DNA from: Anaerolineales bacterium | GTDB taxonomy: Bacteria; Chloroflexota; Anaerolineae; Anaerolineales; Villigracilaceae | Assembly: GCA_034435275.1 (NCBI GenBank) | Contig: DAOTXP010000014.1 | Location: forward strand, 300 to 64,299 | Length of the DNA: 64,000 nt | Reading direction: 5' to 3' | Shown here: positions 55,576 to 64,000 of the stretch, piece after piece | Position numbering within the stretch: the first letter of the stretch is position 1 | How the letters are laid out: the number at the start of each line of letters is the position of its first letter | Notes under the pieces: generated by a model | Told to the model about the DNA's origin: nothing | Seen by the model: the letters and a program-made list of their open reading frames with translations, nothing else | Database searches by the model: none | Position numbers and translations under genes: made by a program

Positions 55576-57309
55576 TTATTCGTTGACGCAAACGTTCGCG
55601 TTATCGTCCCATTGACAACCATAGACGGCGTTGTTGATGCAGGCCACTTCGGTGGTGAACTTGCCGCAGTTGAACGGTTCACCGCATTGCAGGATCTCGA
55701 GCGGCACCGTGGTACACCCCGCGCCGGAAACCCGGGCAACGCCGGGCACACAACCGCCATAGGCCGCGTCATAAGTGTAGCCGGGCTGACAGCCGGGATA
55801 CAGAAGCGCCTCGGATTGACAGCACTGCGAATCAGGATGGTACGTGTAACCGGCCGGGCAGGAATTCTCGAAACACGCACCCGCGAGGGAACGATTGTCG
55901 AGGCCATAGAGGTTGCATTCGAACTGCCCGTTGGCCGGCACACAGCCGTTGAAGGCCGAGTCGAAGTACTGACCCACCGGGCATTGACCGTCGAGGCCGG
56001 TGCCGGGGCGGCAGGTCTGTCCCGTAGAATCGAGCGCGTAGCCCGGCGGGCAGGCCTGGGGTCCGGAGGGAAGTGGGAGCGGCTGGTAGGCGCACAGGCC
56101 GGTGGCCGCGTCGCGCGCGTAACCGGGATCGCAGGCCGCGCCCTGGTCCGCGACCGGGGTTGGGTCGGCACAGGCCGGGTTGCAGACCCTCAATTGGCCG
56201 CTGGAACTATCGGGGCCGGAGCAGGTCAGCCGCAGTTGGCCGTCAATCACGGCCTCGGAACATTCGAAGCCCGGAGTTTGAACGCTATAGGTTGTTCCGG
56301 GCGGGATGTCCACGGTGGCGAAGCCCTGCGCGCCGGCACAATAGTTGCCGCGCACCTCGGCGACCGGGACCACGCATTCGCTGATTGCAGGAGCCGGCGC
56401 GACAGGCTGGTAGGCATTGGTCACGCAGTACGGCGCGGAGAGCCGCGGCTGGGAGGTGGCGCAGCGGAAGCCGGTAGCGCGCAGGGAAAGAGCCGGGTTG
56501 GCGTAATGACGGATGGTGAGCGCGGCCTGCGCTGCTTCGGATTCGAAACTGCTGCCGCGCACGACGCGCGCCCCGCCCTCGGCCGGGCCGCTCGGGTCCT
56601 GCGCGGGCGAGACGCCGTAATAATCCGCCGCGTACCAGTCGCCCACCCACTCGAAGACGTTGCCGGCCATATCCAGCGCGCCGTACGGGCTGGCGCCCTG
56701 CGGATAAGCCATGACGCTGGTAGTGGCGCGTTTGCAGTTATTGAAATTGAGCAGGTCGCAAGAAGGCTCCGCCGCGCCCCACGGATACAACTGCGCGGCC
56801 GTCCCGCGCGCGGCCTTTTCCCATTCGGCTTCCGTCGGCAGGCGCGCCCCGCTCCAGGAGCAATAGGCGTCGGCCTGCGCCCAGGTGACTCCCACGACGG
56901 GGTGATCCGCGAACGCCGGGTCGGTGTAGACCGCCGCGCCGGGTTCCTGCGAGGGCGGCGTGCACACGCCCAGTGCCACGCACAAGCCATACATGCGGTT
57001 GGTGACTTTGGTCTTGCCAATCCAGTAACCGGACAGGTTGACGGTATGCTGTGGATCGTCGAAGCCGCCGGCGCCCATCGTGAACTCGCCGGGCGGGACA
57101 TAGACCATCACGCCTCCATCGGGACCCAGCATGGCCGCGCCTGCCTGCGGCCCGGCCAGTGTCACCGGGACGAGGGTGGGCGTGGGAGTCTCGGTGGGAG
57201 GAACGACCGGCGGTTCGGTGGGAATCGCCGTCGGCGTGACCGGCACGCACGCGGCCAAAAGGATCAAGGACGCGGCGGCAAGAGTCGACAGACTTTGGAA
57301 TCGTTTCAT
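55576..57309 (-). CDS. Lipoprotein: FGE-sulfatase-like (SUMF1/EgtB-fold) domain plus a long Cys-rich C-terminal region
   Basis: The lipobox is LILLAAC. FGE-fold motifs are HTVNLSGYWIGKTKVTN, HPVVGVTWAQADAYCSWSGARLPTEAEWEKAARG, NVFEWVGDWY, RVVRGSSF and GFRCA. The C-terminal region has repeated C-P-x-G-Y-x-x-D-x(4,5)-C motifs. Confidence 0.8.
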   Translation of the reverse strand: MKRFQSLSTLAAASLILLAACVPVTPTAIPTEPPVVPPTETPTPTLVPVTLAGPQAGAAMLGPDGGVMVYVPPGEFTMGAGGFDDPQHTVNLSGYWIGKTKVTNRMYGLCVALGVCTPPSQEPGAAVYTDPAFADHPVVGVTWAQADAYCSWSGARLPTEAEWEKAARGTAAQLYPWGAAEPSCDLLNFNNCKRATTSVMAYPQGASPYGALDMAGNVFEWVGDWYAADYYGVSPAQDPSGPAEGGARVVRGSSFESEAAQAALTIRHYANPALSLRATGFRCATSQPRLSAPYCVTNAYQPVAPAPAISECVVPVAEVRGNYCAGAQGFATVDIPPGTTYSVQTPGFECSEAVIDGQLRLTCSGPDSSSGQLRVCNPACADPTPVADQGAACDPGYARDAATGLCAYQPLPLPSGPQACPPGYALDSTGQTCRPGTGLDGQCPVGQYFDSAFNGCVPANGQFECNLYGLDNRSLAGACFENSCPAGYTYHPDSQCCQSEALLYPGCQPGYTYDAAYGGCVPGVARVSGAGCTTVPLEILQCGEPFNCGKFTTEVACINNAVYGCQWDDNANVCVNE

Positions 57310-57410
57310 TCACGTCTCCTGTGGCGGAAGGGGTTCTTCCAGCCAGCGCGCACATTATACCCCGCCCGAACGGGCAACCTAACTACACGCAGGAGATTTG
57401 GGAACAATCA

Positions 57411-57431
57411 GCCCCCGCCGGGGGCGGGGGC
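57411..57431 (-). terminator. GC-rich hairpin after the 57441 gene
   Basis: gcccccgcc-ggg-ggcgggggc. Confidence 0.45.
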
Positions 57432-57440
57432 CGATGACGG

Positions 57441-58502
57441 CTAGGGCACATAGTCGCAGGAATAAGTACCCTGCCACGAACAACAACACAACTTCGAATT
57501 CCACGCATAGCCTTGCTGATTACAACCGCCCGGAGGAGGCTGACATCCCTGGCCCAGGCCGCAAATGCCCGGCTCCAGGCCGGTCGGTTCGAAGCCGACC
57601 GAGACCCGGCAGGCATTGTCCAACTCCGCGAGGCCCTTGATCGGATAGTAGTATTCCAATTCGACCAGCGCCGCACCGGCCTGCTCGTGAGTGAAGGCGT
57701 CGTTCAAATCGAAGAGGGCGTTATCGAGCACGCTGTTGCCGGCCCAAGCGCCGGCCAGAAAAGCGGTATCACCCGCCAGCAGGGATTGTTTGACGGCGAT
57801 GTGGATCGTGTTGGGATCGTCCGGAGAGACGCGCGCCCAGGCCAGATCAGGATCATCGCCGCGGCCCTGATCGAAGACCAGCGTCTCGAAGCCGTCGCCG
57901 TGGACGCCGCTGTTATCGGCGTTGATCACGGAAGTGCCGCCGACGTCTTCGTTCGTATCCGTCCAGACCTGAACGCGGTCCGTGGACCAGTCTGTGGAGG
58001 CGGGGTTGAAAACGAGGATGAAGAAATCGCCGCGGCCGTCCAGGTCCAGGTCGAGTTCGACGGCGTAGGTACCGGGCAGGCCGCCGCCCGCGTCCGTGCC
58101 CTTGACCGTGATGACGGCATACACCCACTGGTCATCCTGCCCGACATAGGTATCCTGAATGTCGAGATATGGATAATACACATCCATGCTCTGCGTATTG
58201 AAGGGACGTTCGAACTGCCCAAAGGTGAAGCGGTCGCCGCCCGGGGCGCGGCGCTGATCGGCTGTGGACGAGGAGTCCTGGTCGCCGGCGTGGGTACCGG
58301 GTTCGGCAGGCAGGCTGCCGGGCACGGTGACGTGCTGGATGGCGGCCGTCGCGGTCGGGTCCATGGATTGCGGCGGGGCGGTGGGATTGGCGCCGGCCGC
58401 CGGGACAGTGGGAGGGTCTGTGGGCGACGCGCTTCCGAAGGAGGGCGCGCAGGCCATTGTCAGGACCAGAATCGTCAGGGTAATCTTAAGCGAGGTGTTC
58501 AT
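57441..58502 (-). CDS. Secreted protein or lipoprotein with a Cys-rich C-terminal tail
   Basis: The signal is MNTSLKITLTILVLTMAC. The central domain is acidic and of unknown family. The tail is GICGLGQGCQPPPGGCNQQGYAWNSKLCCCSWQGTYSCDYVP. Confidence 0.6.
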   Translation of the reverse strand: MNTSLKITLTILVLTMACAPSFGSASPTDPPTVPAAGANPTAPPQSMDPTATAAIQHVTVPGSLPAEPGTHAGDQDSSSTADQRRAPGGDRFTFGQFERPFNTQSMDVYYPYLDIQDTYVGQDDQWVYAVITVKGTDAGGGLPGTYAVELDLDLDGRGDFFILVFNPASTDWSTDRVQVWTDTNEDVGGTSVINADNSGVHGDGFETLVFDQGRGDDPDLAWARVSPDDPNTIHIAVKQSLLAGDTAFLAGAWAGNSVLDNALFDLNDAFTHEQAGAALVELEYYYPIKGLAELDNACRVSVGFEPTGLEPGICGLGQGCQPPPGGCNQQGYAWNSKLCCCSWQGTYSCDYVP

Positions 58503-58559
58503 CGGTTCTCCGTTTCACTTGGTGGTCACAAACTCCGCCATGAATTAGTGGATTGAATT

Positions 58560-58688
58560 GCTTTGTTGCAAACATTCGTCATTCCATCGCCCTGAGCAAA
58601 GCGCAGCAGAGACAAAGGGCGGTTGATGAGTCGCCTGCGTTTCGTCTCCGCTCAGCGCGGCGCTGGAAATGATGGCAGCAGAGCATGA
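58560..58688. repeat. Dispersed intergenic repeat, copy B (MITE/REP-like)
   Basis: It aligns with 33779-33925 (see that feature). A further half-copy of the tcgYctgcgtttc...tccgctcag submotif lies at about 58788-58818. Confidence 0.55.
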
Positions 58689-58886
58689 TCGAATTTTTGT
58701 CGAAAAGCATACCGCGTTGAACGCAGGTGCATCCTGAGCGAAGCCGAAAGGTGCACCGCCGACGAAACGCGATTACCCTATCGTCCTTCGTCTGCGTTTC
58801 ACTCCGCTCAGGACGAACAACCAAAAATAAGACGGATTATATCCAATTTTGCCCCCGTTCCATTCCCCAATCCGGGCTATAAAAGA

Positions 58887-59435
58887 CTATTCCGAGCAGG
58901 AACCGATGTCCACCCGCACGGTGACGCATGCGGGGGATTGCGGCGGGACGCAGCATTGCGCGGCCGCGTCGAAGCCATATCCCTGCGGGCACTGTCCGTC
59001 ATTCACGGGCGCGGGCGGCGCGCAGGCGCCGTTGCATACCTGCAGGTCATACGAAGTGAGGGTTGTACCGGTACAGGTGATGAGCAGTTCGCCCGAACTG
59101 TGCAACTGACTCACGCAATTCAAATCGGAGTTGACCCACTCATACGTGGATTCACCGGGGGCGGCCAGCAGGGTGTATGGGACCTTCTCCACACAGAAGC
59201 GGTCGCGCATTTCGACGACCGGCACGGCGCAGGCGGCCCCCGACTCGCAGATCGGCAGGGCGGGCAGGGACGTGACCTCCAGCGTCGGGACGGGCGTTTG
59301 AGTGGGGAGTGCGGTCTGTGTGGGCGCTTCCGCCGTGACTGTGGGGGTGGGCACCGGCACGAGCAACGCGTCGCAGGCCGTGAGCAGAAGCGCGGCCGCT
59401 ATCAGGATGACAATGAGCAATGTGGAACGAGACAT
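58887..59435 (-). CDS. Small Cys-rich lipoprotein carrying the module shared with the 55576 protein
   Basis: The ATG at 59435 follows aaggagagg. The lipobox is ALLLTAC. The module is CAVPVVEMRDRFC...TYEWVNSDLNC...LLITCTG...LQVCNGACAPPAPVNDGQCPQGYGFDAAAQCC. Confidence 0.65.
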   Translation of the reverse strand: MSRSTLLIVILIAAALLLTACDALLVPVPTPTVTAEAPTQTALPTQTPVPTLEVTSLPALPICESGAACAVPVVEMRDRFCVEKVPYTLLAAPGESTYEWVNSDLNCVSQLHSSGELLITCTGTTLTSYDLQVCNGACAPPAPVNDGQCPQGYGFDAAAQCCVPPQSPACVTVRVDIGSCSE

Positions 59436-59507
59436 GATTCGCCTCTCCTTTAGTACAGCAGGTTGGATTGAAAAATTATAGTGGTTCCAGCCCTGCTTGT
59501 CCAACAC

Positions 59508-59540
59508 AGACTTCGGAAGTCTGCGAGACTTCCGAAGTCT
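59508..59540. promoter_or_regulatory. Perfect 15-bp inverted repeat in a divergent promoter region
   Basis: agacttcggaagtct-gcg-agacttccgaagtct. Confidence 0.5.
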
Positions 59541-59570
59541 TTCGTCCGCGAGGATGGTATCATTCGCCCC

Positions 59571-60692
59571 ATGCAGACCGAGCCGCGCGCCCGCTTCTAT
59601 CATCCCGAACTGGACGGTCTGCGATTCATCGCGTTTTTGCTGGTGTTCATTCACAATTCACTTCCAGTTCTGGAAGATACATTCCTGGAGACCGTCTCCA
59701 AATACGGCTGGATCGGAGTGGATTTATTTTTCTGCCTGTCCGCCTTTTTGATTACGAAATTGTTGGTGACCGAATACCGGCAAAGCGGGAAAATCAATAT
59801 TCGGAACTTCTACATTCGCCGTATTCTGAGGATTTGGCCGCTTTATTTCTTTTACACCATCATTGCAATAATAATCATGGCTCCCATCTCAGGCAGGAAC
59901 ATAAATATACCTGGTCACATTGCAGGGCTGGTAACATTTACTTTCAACATTGTTTACTTTACCTTGCTACCTTCACCCATCTTGATCCTAATCCATTTAT
60001 GGTCCATTTCCTTTGAAGAGCAATTTTACGTTGCTGTTCCGTGGGCATTACGGAAGTTGTTAAGCGTCTCCAACAATGTGAAATGGATACTACTCACAGT
60101 CACCTTTATCCTAGGAAACACAGTCCGTGCAGTTTTTATTTACCTGAAAGTTGACCATCCTGTCATTTACTTCCTCCCAATTACACATTTCGACTCGATC
60201 CTTGCAGGGCTGGTACTTGGCTTGGGCTTATTAGATAAATCTCTGGCAAATATAAGGGGATACATAGTATTTCTTATCGGCTTTTTATTAAACAGTTTAA
60301 TTTTCATGCTGCCAAACAATGATGTCACAGGGTGGGGATTGATGCTGACTTACCCATTAACTGCTCTCGGAATGACATTGATTGTCGCTTCAGCAGTAAA
60401 CAAGAAACACCCTATTGTTGAAATGGTCCTCGGTAACAAATTACTTGTTAGGCTCGGAAGGGTCTCGTACGGATTATACATATACCACTTCGGAAGCCTT
60501 ACATTGGCAACTCTAATTTGCAACACATTCCTTGGAATCACAATTGAACAAATTGCGATCTTTCGCATTCTAGCCATCACAATCGGGTTTATCCTCACAA
60601 TTTTCTTCTCAGCACTTTCTTACCACCTGCTGGAAAAACCATTCCTAAAATTAAAAGAGCGTTTCAGCCAAGTCCCATCTGGATTTGCCTAG
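59571..60692 (+). CDS. Acyltransferase family 3 (OafA/YrhL-like) membrane O-acyltransferase
   Basis: RFYHPELDGLRFIAFLLVFIHN is the AT3 signature. The protein is polytopic. G+C is lower than the flanks by eye. The ATG at 59571 is preferred. Confidence 0.8.
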   Translation: MQTEPRARFYHPELDGLRFIAFLLVFIHNSLPVLEDTFLETVSKYGWIGVDLFFCLSAFLITKLLVTEYRQSGKINIRNFYIRRILRIWPLYFFYTIIAIIIMAPISGRNINIPGHIAGLVTFTFNIVYFTLLPSPILILIHLWSISFEEQFYVAVPWALRKLLSVSNNVKWILLTVTFILGNTVRAVFIYLKVDHPVIYFLPITHFDSILAGLVLGLGLLDKSLANIRGYIVFLIGFLLNSLIFMLPNNDVTGWGLMLTYPLTALGMTLIVASAVNKKHPIVEMVLGNKLLVRLGRVSYGLYIYHFGSLTLATLICNTFLGITIEQIAIFRILAITIGFILTIFFSALSYHLLEKPFLKLKERFSQVPSGFA

Positions 60693-60702
60693 ATCCAAAT
60701 TG

Positions 60703-60735
60703 AAAGCGGCCCCCGAAAAAATCGGAGGCCGCTTC
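60703..60735. terminator. Hairpin between convergent genes
   Basis: aagcggcc...ggccgctt stem with an A-rich loop. Confidence 0.5.
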
Positions 60736-60737
60736 GG

Positions 60738-62324
60738 TTAGTTAGTACACGCACCGATGAACGGATTGTAACAACAGCACCTCTGAGGATCCCAGGATGC
60801 CTTATAGTCGCTGCAGGTCCGCGGTTGACAACCATCGCCTCCACTACATGCCGGGGGCATATTCACGAAGGCGGTCACCTCGGGGGGCGGCGGGGCGCTG
60901 CCCGCGTCCAGACAGCCGTAATGGCCGGGCGAGATCTCGGTCAGGATACTGCCCGCCTCGCACAGCGGAAAGCCCAATCCCGTGCCGGGCTGGGCGGTGC
61001 AGCACTGGGAGGCCGGGTCGTAGGTGTAACCGGGCAGGCACTGATCCGTGCCGACAATCACGCCGCCGGTCCATTCGCACATGCCCGTGCCGGGATTCAG
61101 CGAGTAATTGACCGGGCAGGCCGCCTCGACCAGGCCGGAGAAGGTGCACAGCGACTTGAGGCTGACCGTGGTCGGAGAGGTGCACACGTACTTGGTGGGC
61201 GGCACCAGGTCACCGCAGCCGTCCTTGTCTATGACCACGTTCGGGTCGCCGGGCGGATAGTTGAACGTCACGTAGGTCTGATTGCTGTCGCACTGCTGGG
61301 GCTGGACGTTGATCGAAAGCGCCGGGCAGGAGTACTGCACCTGCTGGCCGGGATTGGGACTGCCGGTCACATCCTGGCCATAGTCCACCACCTGCTCGCA
61401 GAACGGGGCGAAGTATTGCGGGTCCTCCACCACACAGCGGAAGCCCAGGTCGCGGCTGTGCTCGCCGGGTTTCTTGTAGAAACGCACCGCCGAGGGCACC
61501 TGGTCGTCACTGGCTTTGTAGGAAGAGGAACGCACCACGCGGGCGGTGCCTGCCTCGGGCCCGACCGGGTCCTCAGCCGGGCCGGTGCGATAGTAATACG
61601 GATCGTACCAGTCCGCCACCCACTCGAAGGCGTTGCCCGCCATATCCAGCGCTTCATAGTAGGACTTCCCCTGCGGATAATCGCGCACATTGGTGGTGGC
61701 GCCGACGCAATTGTTGTAGTTGAGCAGGTCGCAGGCCGGCGCAGCCTCGCCCCACGGATACACGTTTCCATCCGGACCCCGGGCGGTCTTCTCCCATTCG
61801 GCCTCGGTGGGCAGGCGTCCGTGCACGTAGGTACAGTAGGCCTCGGCCTGCTCCCAGGTCACGCCGGAGACCGGGTCGCCGGAGCGCAGGTGGTCGTTGT
61901 AACCGATGTTATCGAGCAGGTCCGGCTCGGCGCATTGCCCCGCGGCCACGCAGGCCTTGTATTGCGCGTTGGTCACCTTGGTGCGGTAGATCCAGTAATC
62001 GCTCAGGCTCACCGTATGCACCGGGTTATCGGAACTGCCGCGGCCCATGATGAACTCACCGGCCGGCACGGCCACCAGGATCGAACCGTCCACATAGGGT
62101 ATCCTCACGCCCACCTCCATCTCGGGCGGGACGAGCACGATGGGCGCGAGCGTGGGCGTGGCCGCTTCCACCGGGACCAGCGGGACGGGCGTGTCGCTGG
62201 CGGCCGGTTGGACAACAGGCGGTTCGGTCGCAGGGGGCTGGGTGGCGGGCGGCTCGGTCGCGCCGCCGCAGGCGGTCAGGACGACCGCCAGAAGCAATAG
62301 AATCGCAAACGAGACTTTTTTCAT
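60738..62324 (-). CDS. Second lipoprotein with an FGE-sulfatase-like domain and a Cys-rich C-terminal region
   Basis: The ATG at 62324 follows gaggagag. The lipobox is AVVLTAC. FGE-fold motifs are HTVSLSDYWIYRTKVTN, DPVSGVTWEQAEAYCTYVHGRLPTEAEWEKTARG, NAFEWVADWY, RVVRSSSY and GFRCV. The tail is GCQPRTCSDYKASWDPQRCCCYNPFIGACTN. Confidence 0.8.
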   Translation of the reverse strand: MKKVSFAILLLLAVVLTACGGATEPPATQPPATEPPVVQPAASDTPVPLVPVEAATPTLAPIVLVPPEMEVGVRIPYVDGSILVAVPAGEFIMGRGSSDNPVHTVSLSDYWIYRTKVTNAQYKACVAAGQCAEPDLLDNIGYNDHLRSGDPVSGVTWEQAEAYCTYVHGRLPTEAEWEKTARGPDGNVYPWGEAAPACDLLNYNNCVGATTNVRDYPQGKSYYEALDMAGNAFEWVADWYDPYYYRTGPAEDPVGPEAGTARVVRSSSYKASDDQVPSAVRFYKKPGEHSRDLGFRCVVEDPQYFAPFCEQVVDYGQDVTGSPNPGQQVQYSCPALSINVQPQQCDSNQTYVTFNYPPGDPNVVIDKDGCGDLVPPTKYVCTSPTTVSLKSLCTFSGLVEAACPVNYSLNPGTGMCEWTGGVIVGTDQCLPGYTYDPASQCCTAQPGTGLGFPLCEAGSILTEISPGHYGCLDAGSAPPPPEVTAFVNMPPACSGGDGCQPRTCSDYKASWDPQRCCCYNPFIGACTN

Positions 62325-62471
62325 GGCACTCTCCTCACATGACTCTATCATAACGAGAATTCTGGCTGGAATTATAAAGATTCCATTTCAAAATCCACTA
62401 TCCCCCTGATGGGCGAGGCAGGAAGATTCCACCGCGAAGAGGCGAAGTTCGCGAAGGATTCGGGGTTGTTC

Positions 62472-64000
62472 TTATGCCAACTGCGGCAGGATTTGTTCGT
62501 AGAAATCCAGCGAGGCGGGATTGATCAGCGCGTCCCTGTTTGTCACCGCGCGGCCGTTGAGGATGTTCGTCACCGCGCTTTCCACCTTTTTCATGTTCAA
62601 TGTGTACGGGATGTCGGGCGCTTCGAGGATCAACGCGGGCACATGCCGCGGCGAGGCGTTCTCGCGCAGGGTCCTGCGAATCTTTTCCTTGAGTTCGTCG
62701 GTCAACGCGAAGCCCGCGGCCAGTTTGACGAACAGGATGACGCGCTGGTCGTCCTGGTAATTTTGCCCGACCGCCAGACTGTCGGCGATCTCAGGCAGCT
62801 TCTCCATCTGCGCGTAAATCTCCGCCGTGCCGATGCGCACACCCGAAGGTTTCAACACCGCGTCCGAACGGCCATAGAATGTGATCCCGCCCGTGTCGCT
62901 GTGGAACAGGACATAATCGCCGTGACGCCAGACGTTCGGGTAAACGTCGAAGTAGGCCTGGTGATATTTCGAGCCGTCGGCGTCGTTCCAAAAATACAAG
63001 GACATCGAAGGCGCAGGCGCCTCGCAGACCAACTCTCCCTGTTCGTCGTAAAGGGGGTTCCCCTTCTCGTCATACGCCTTGACCTTCATCGCCAGCGCCG
63101 CGCTCTGCAGCTCACCCGCGTAGACCGGCAGAATCGGGCTGCCCGCCGCGAAACAGCCGTTGATGTCCGTGCCGCCGGAGATGGAATTGAAATGCAGGTC
63201 AGATTTGATCTCGCGGTAGACATATTCGAATCCCTCCGTGGAAAGCGGCGAACCCGTTTGCGAGATTTCGCGCAGCGAGGAGAGATCGTAGTCCCTGCGC
63301 GGTGAGACGTTCTCCTTTTTCAGAAAGTGAAGGTAACTGGCGCTGCATCCGAAGATCGTGACCTTTTCATCCTGGATCAATTTCCACATCGCGCCCGCGT
63401 CGGGATAATTCGGGTTGCCGTCGTACAACACGATGGTCGCGCCGACCGCCAGCGAACTGATGAGCCAATTCCACATCATCCAACTGCACGATGTAATGTA
63501 GAAGATCCTGTCGCTTCGTTTGAGGTCTGTGTGAAGAATCAACTCTTTGAGATGGTTGATGAGCACACCGCCCGCGCCCTGCACCAGGCACTTCGGCTTG
63601 CCCGTCGTCCCCGACGAGAACATGATGTACAGCGGATGGTCGAAAGGCAATGGCTCGAATCGAATCTCAAGGTTATTTTCTTTCGAAACAAAATCATCGT
63701 AGTGAACCACGTTCGGAATGTGCGAAATATCGGGCCGTTCGCGCGTGTATGAGACTACGATCACCTTTTTCAACGACGGGATGCCGCGCGCCACCTGCGC
63801 GGCGTGCTCGAGCGTATCGAAGACCTTTCCCTTGTAGAAATATCCGTCCGCCGTAATCAGGACTTTCGGCTCGACCTGTCCCAGCCGTTCAATGGCCGCG
63901 GCGGGCCCGATGTCCGTGGCGCAGGAGGACCACGCCGCGCCGAGACTCGCCGCCGCCAGCATGCCAACCGCCGTTTCGACCAAATTCGGCATATAGGCGA
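62472..64000 (-). CDS. Acetoacetate-CoA ligase (acetoacetyl-CoA synthetase); N-terminus beyond the window edge
   Basis: AWSSCATDIG, ISGGTDINGCF and FYGRSDAVLKPSGVRIGTAEIY are typical of this family. The ORF is still open at position 64000. Confidence 0.8.
   Translation of the reverse strand, partial: AYMPNLVETAVGMLAAASLGAAWSSCATDIGPAAAIERLGQVEPKVLITADGYFYKGKVFDTLEHAAQVARGIPSLKKVIVVSYTRERPDISHIPNVVHYDDFVSKENNLEIRFEPLPFDHPLYIMFSSGTTGKPKCLVQGAGGVLINHLKELILHTDLKRSDRIFYITSCSWMMWNWLISSLAVGATIVLYDGNPNYPDAGAMWKLIQDEKVTIFGCSASYLHFLKKENVSPRRDYDLSSLREISQTGSPLSTEGFEYVYREIKSDLHFNSISGGTDINGCFAAGSPILPVYAGELQSAALAMKVKAYDEKGNPLYDEQGELVCEAPAPSMSLYFWNDADGSKYHQAYFDVYPNVWRHGDYVLFHSDTGGITFYGRSDAVLKPSGVRIGTAEIYAQMEKLPEIADSLAVGQNYQDDQRVILFVKLAAGFALTDELKEKIRRTLRENASPRHVPALILEAPDIPYTLNMKKVESAVTNILNGRAVTNRDALINPASLDFYEQILPQLA

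Noticed and set aside
55576-62324. Annotating the two FGE-domain proteins as true formylglycine-generating enzymes, with the Cys tails (GCQPRTC, GCQPPPGGC) as their CxPxR substrates.
   Set aside because: The catalytic Cys pair region contains no Cys in either protein. The tail motifs are C-Q-P-R/P, not C-x-P-x-R. No sulfatase is present in the window.

Overview
This 64-kb window is a mostly high-G+C chromosomal segment. No rRNA, CRISPR array, transposase, integrase or phage structural gene is recognisable. The gene content suggests a Chloroflexota, probably Anaerolineae-like, genome, but this is inference with no database search behind it. The supporting features are many lipobox lipoproteins with Pro/Thr-rich linkers, an isopentenyl phosphate kinase, LysM/M23 wall hydrolases, cytochrome bd, and FGE-like domain expansions.

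Housekeeping genes recognised with confidence:
- serA/serC plus a DUF1015 gene
- recA, lgt and ctaA
- an Rrf2 regulator followed by cydA, cydB and a fused cydDC
- rho, birA, gyrA and tRNA-Leu(CAG)
- acyl-CoA dehydrogenase with etfBA, and an MFS transporter
- cspA, psuG, fhs, and an acetoacetyl-CoA synthetase that is partial at the 3' window edge

Loci worth a second look:
1. A visibly lower-G+C three-gene island at 40.2-44.3 kb. It encodes two paralogous multi-TM SPFH (band-7) proteins plus a helical-repeat/S24 LexA-type Ser-Lys peptidase. This is my best candidate for an uncharacterised system.
2. A ferredoxin / FAD-oxidoreductase / His-rich 5-TM protein / 17-heme cytochrome c operon at 35.4-39.0 kb. 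It looks like a split transmembrane electron conduit.
3. Heptanucleotide tandem-repeat blocks embedded in frame at domain junctions of the fused cydDC gene.
4. A surface-protein neighbourhood at 46-62 kb. It holds a 1273-aa Pro/Thr-repeat protein with higher-order DNA repeats, a GT-C glycosyltransferase, FGE-like lipoproteins that lack the catalytic Cys pair, shared Cys-rich modules with a CCC tail, and an acyltransferase-3.
5. A formate-THF ligase that looks eukaryote-like and carries a Lys/Ala-rich N-terminal tail.

All family assignments come from motif recognition by eye and need profile searches to confirm. G+C differences were judged by eye and not computed.
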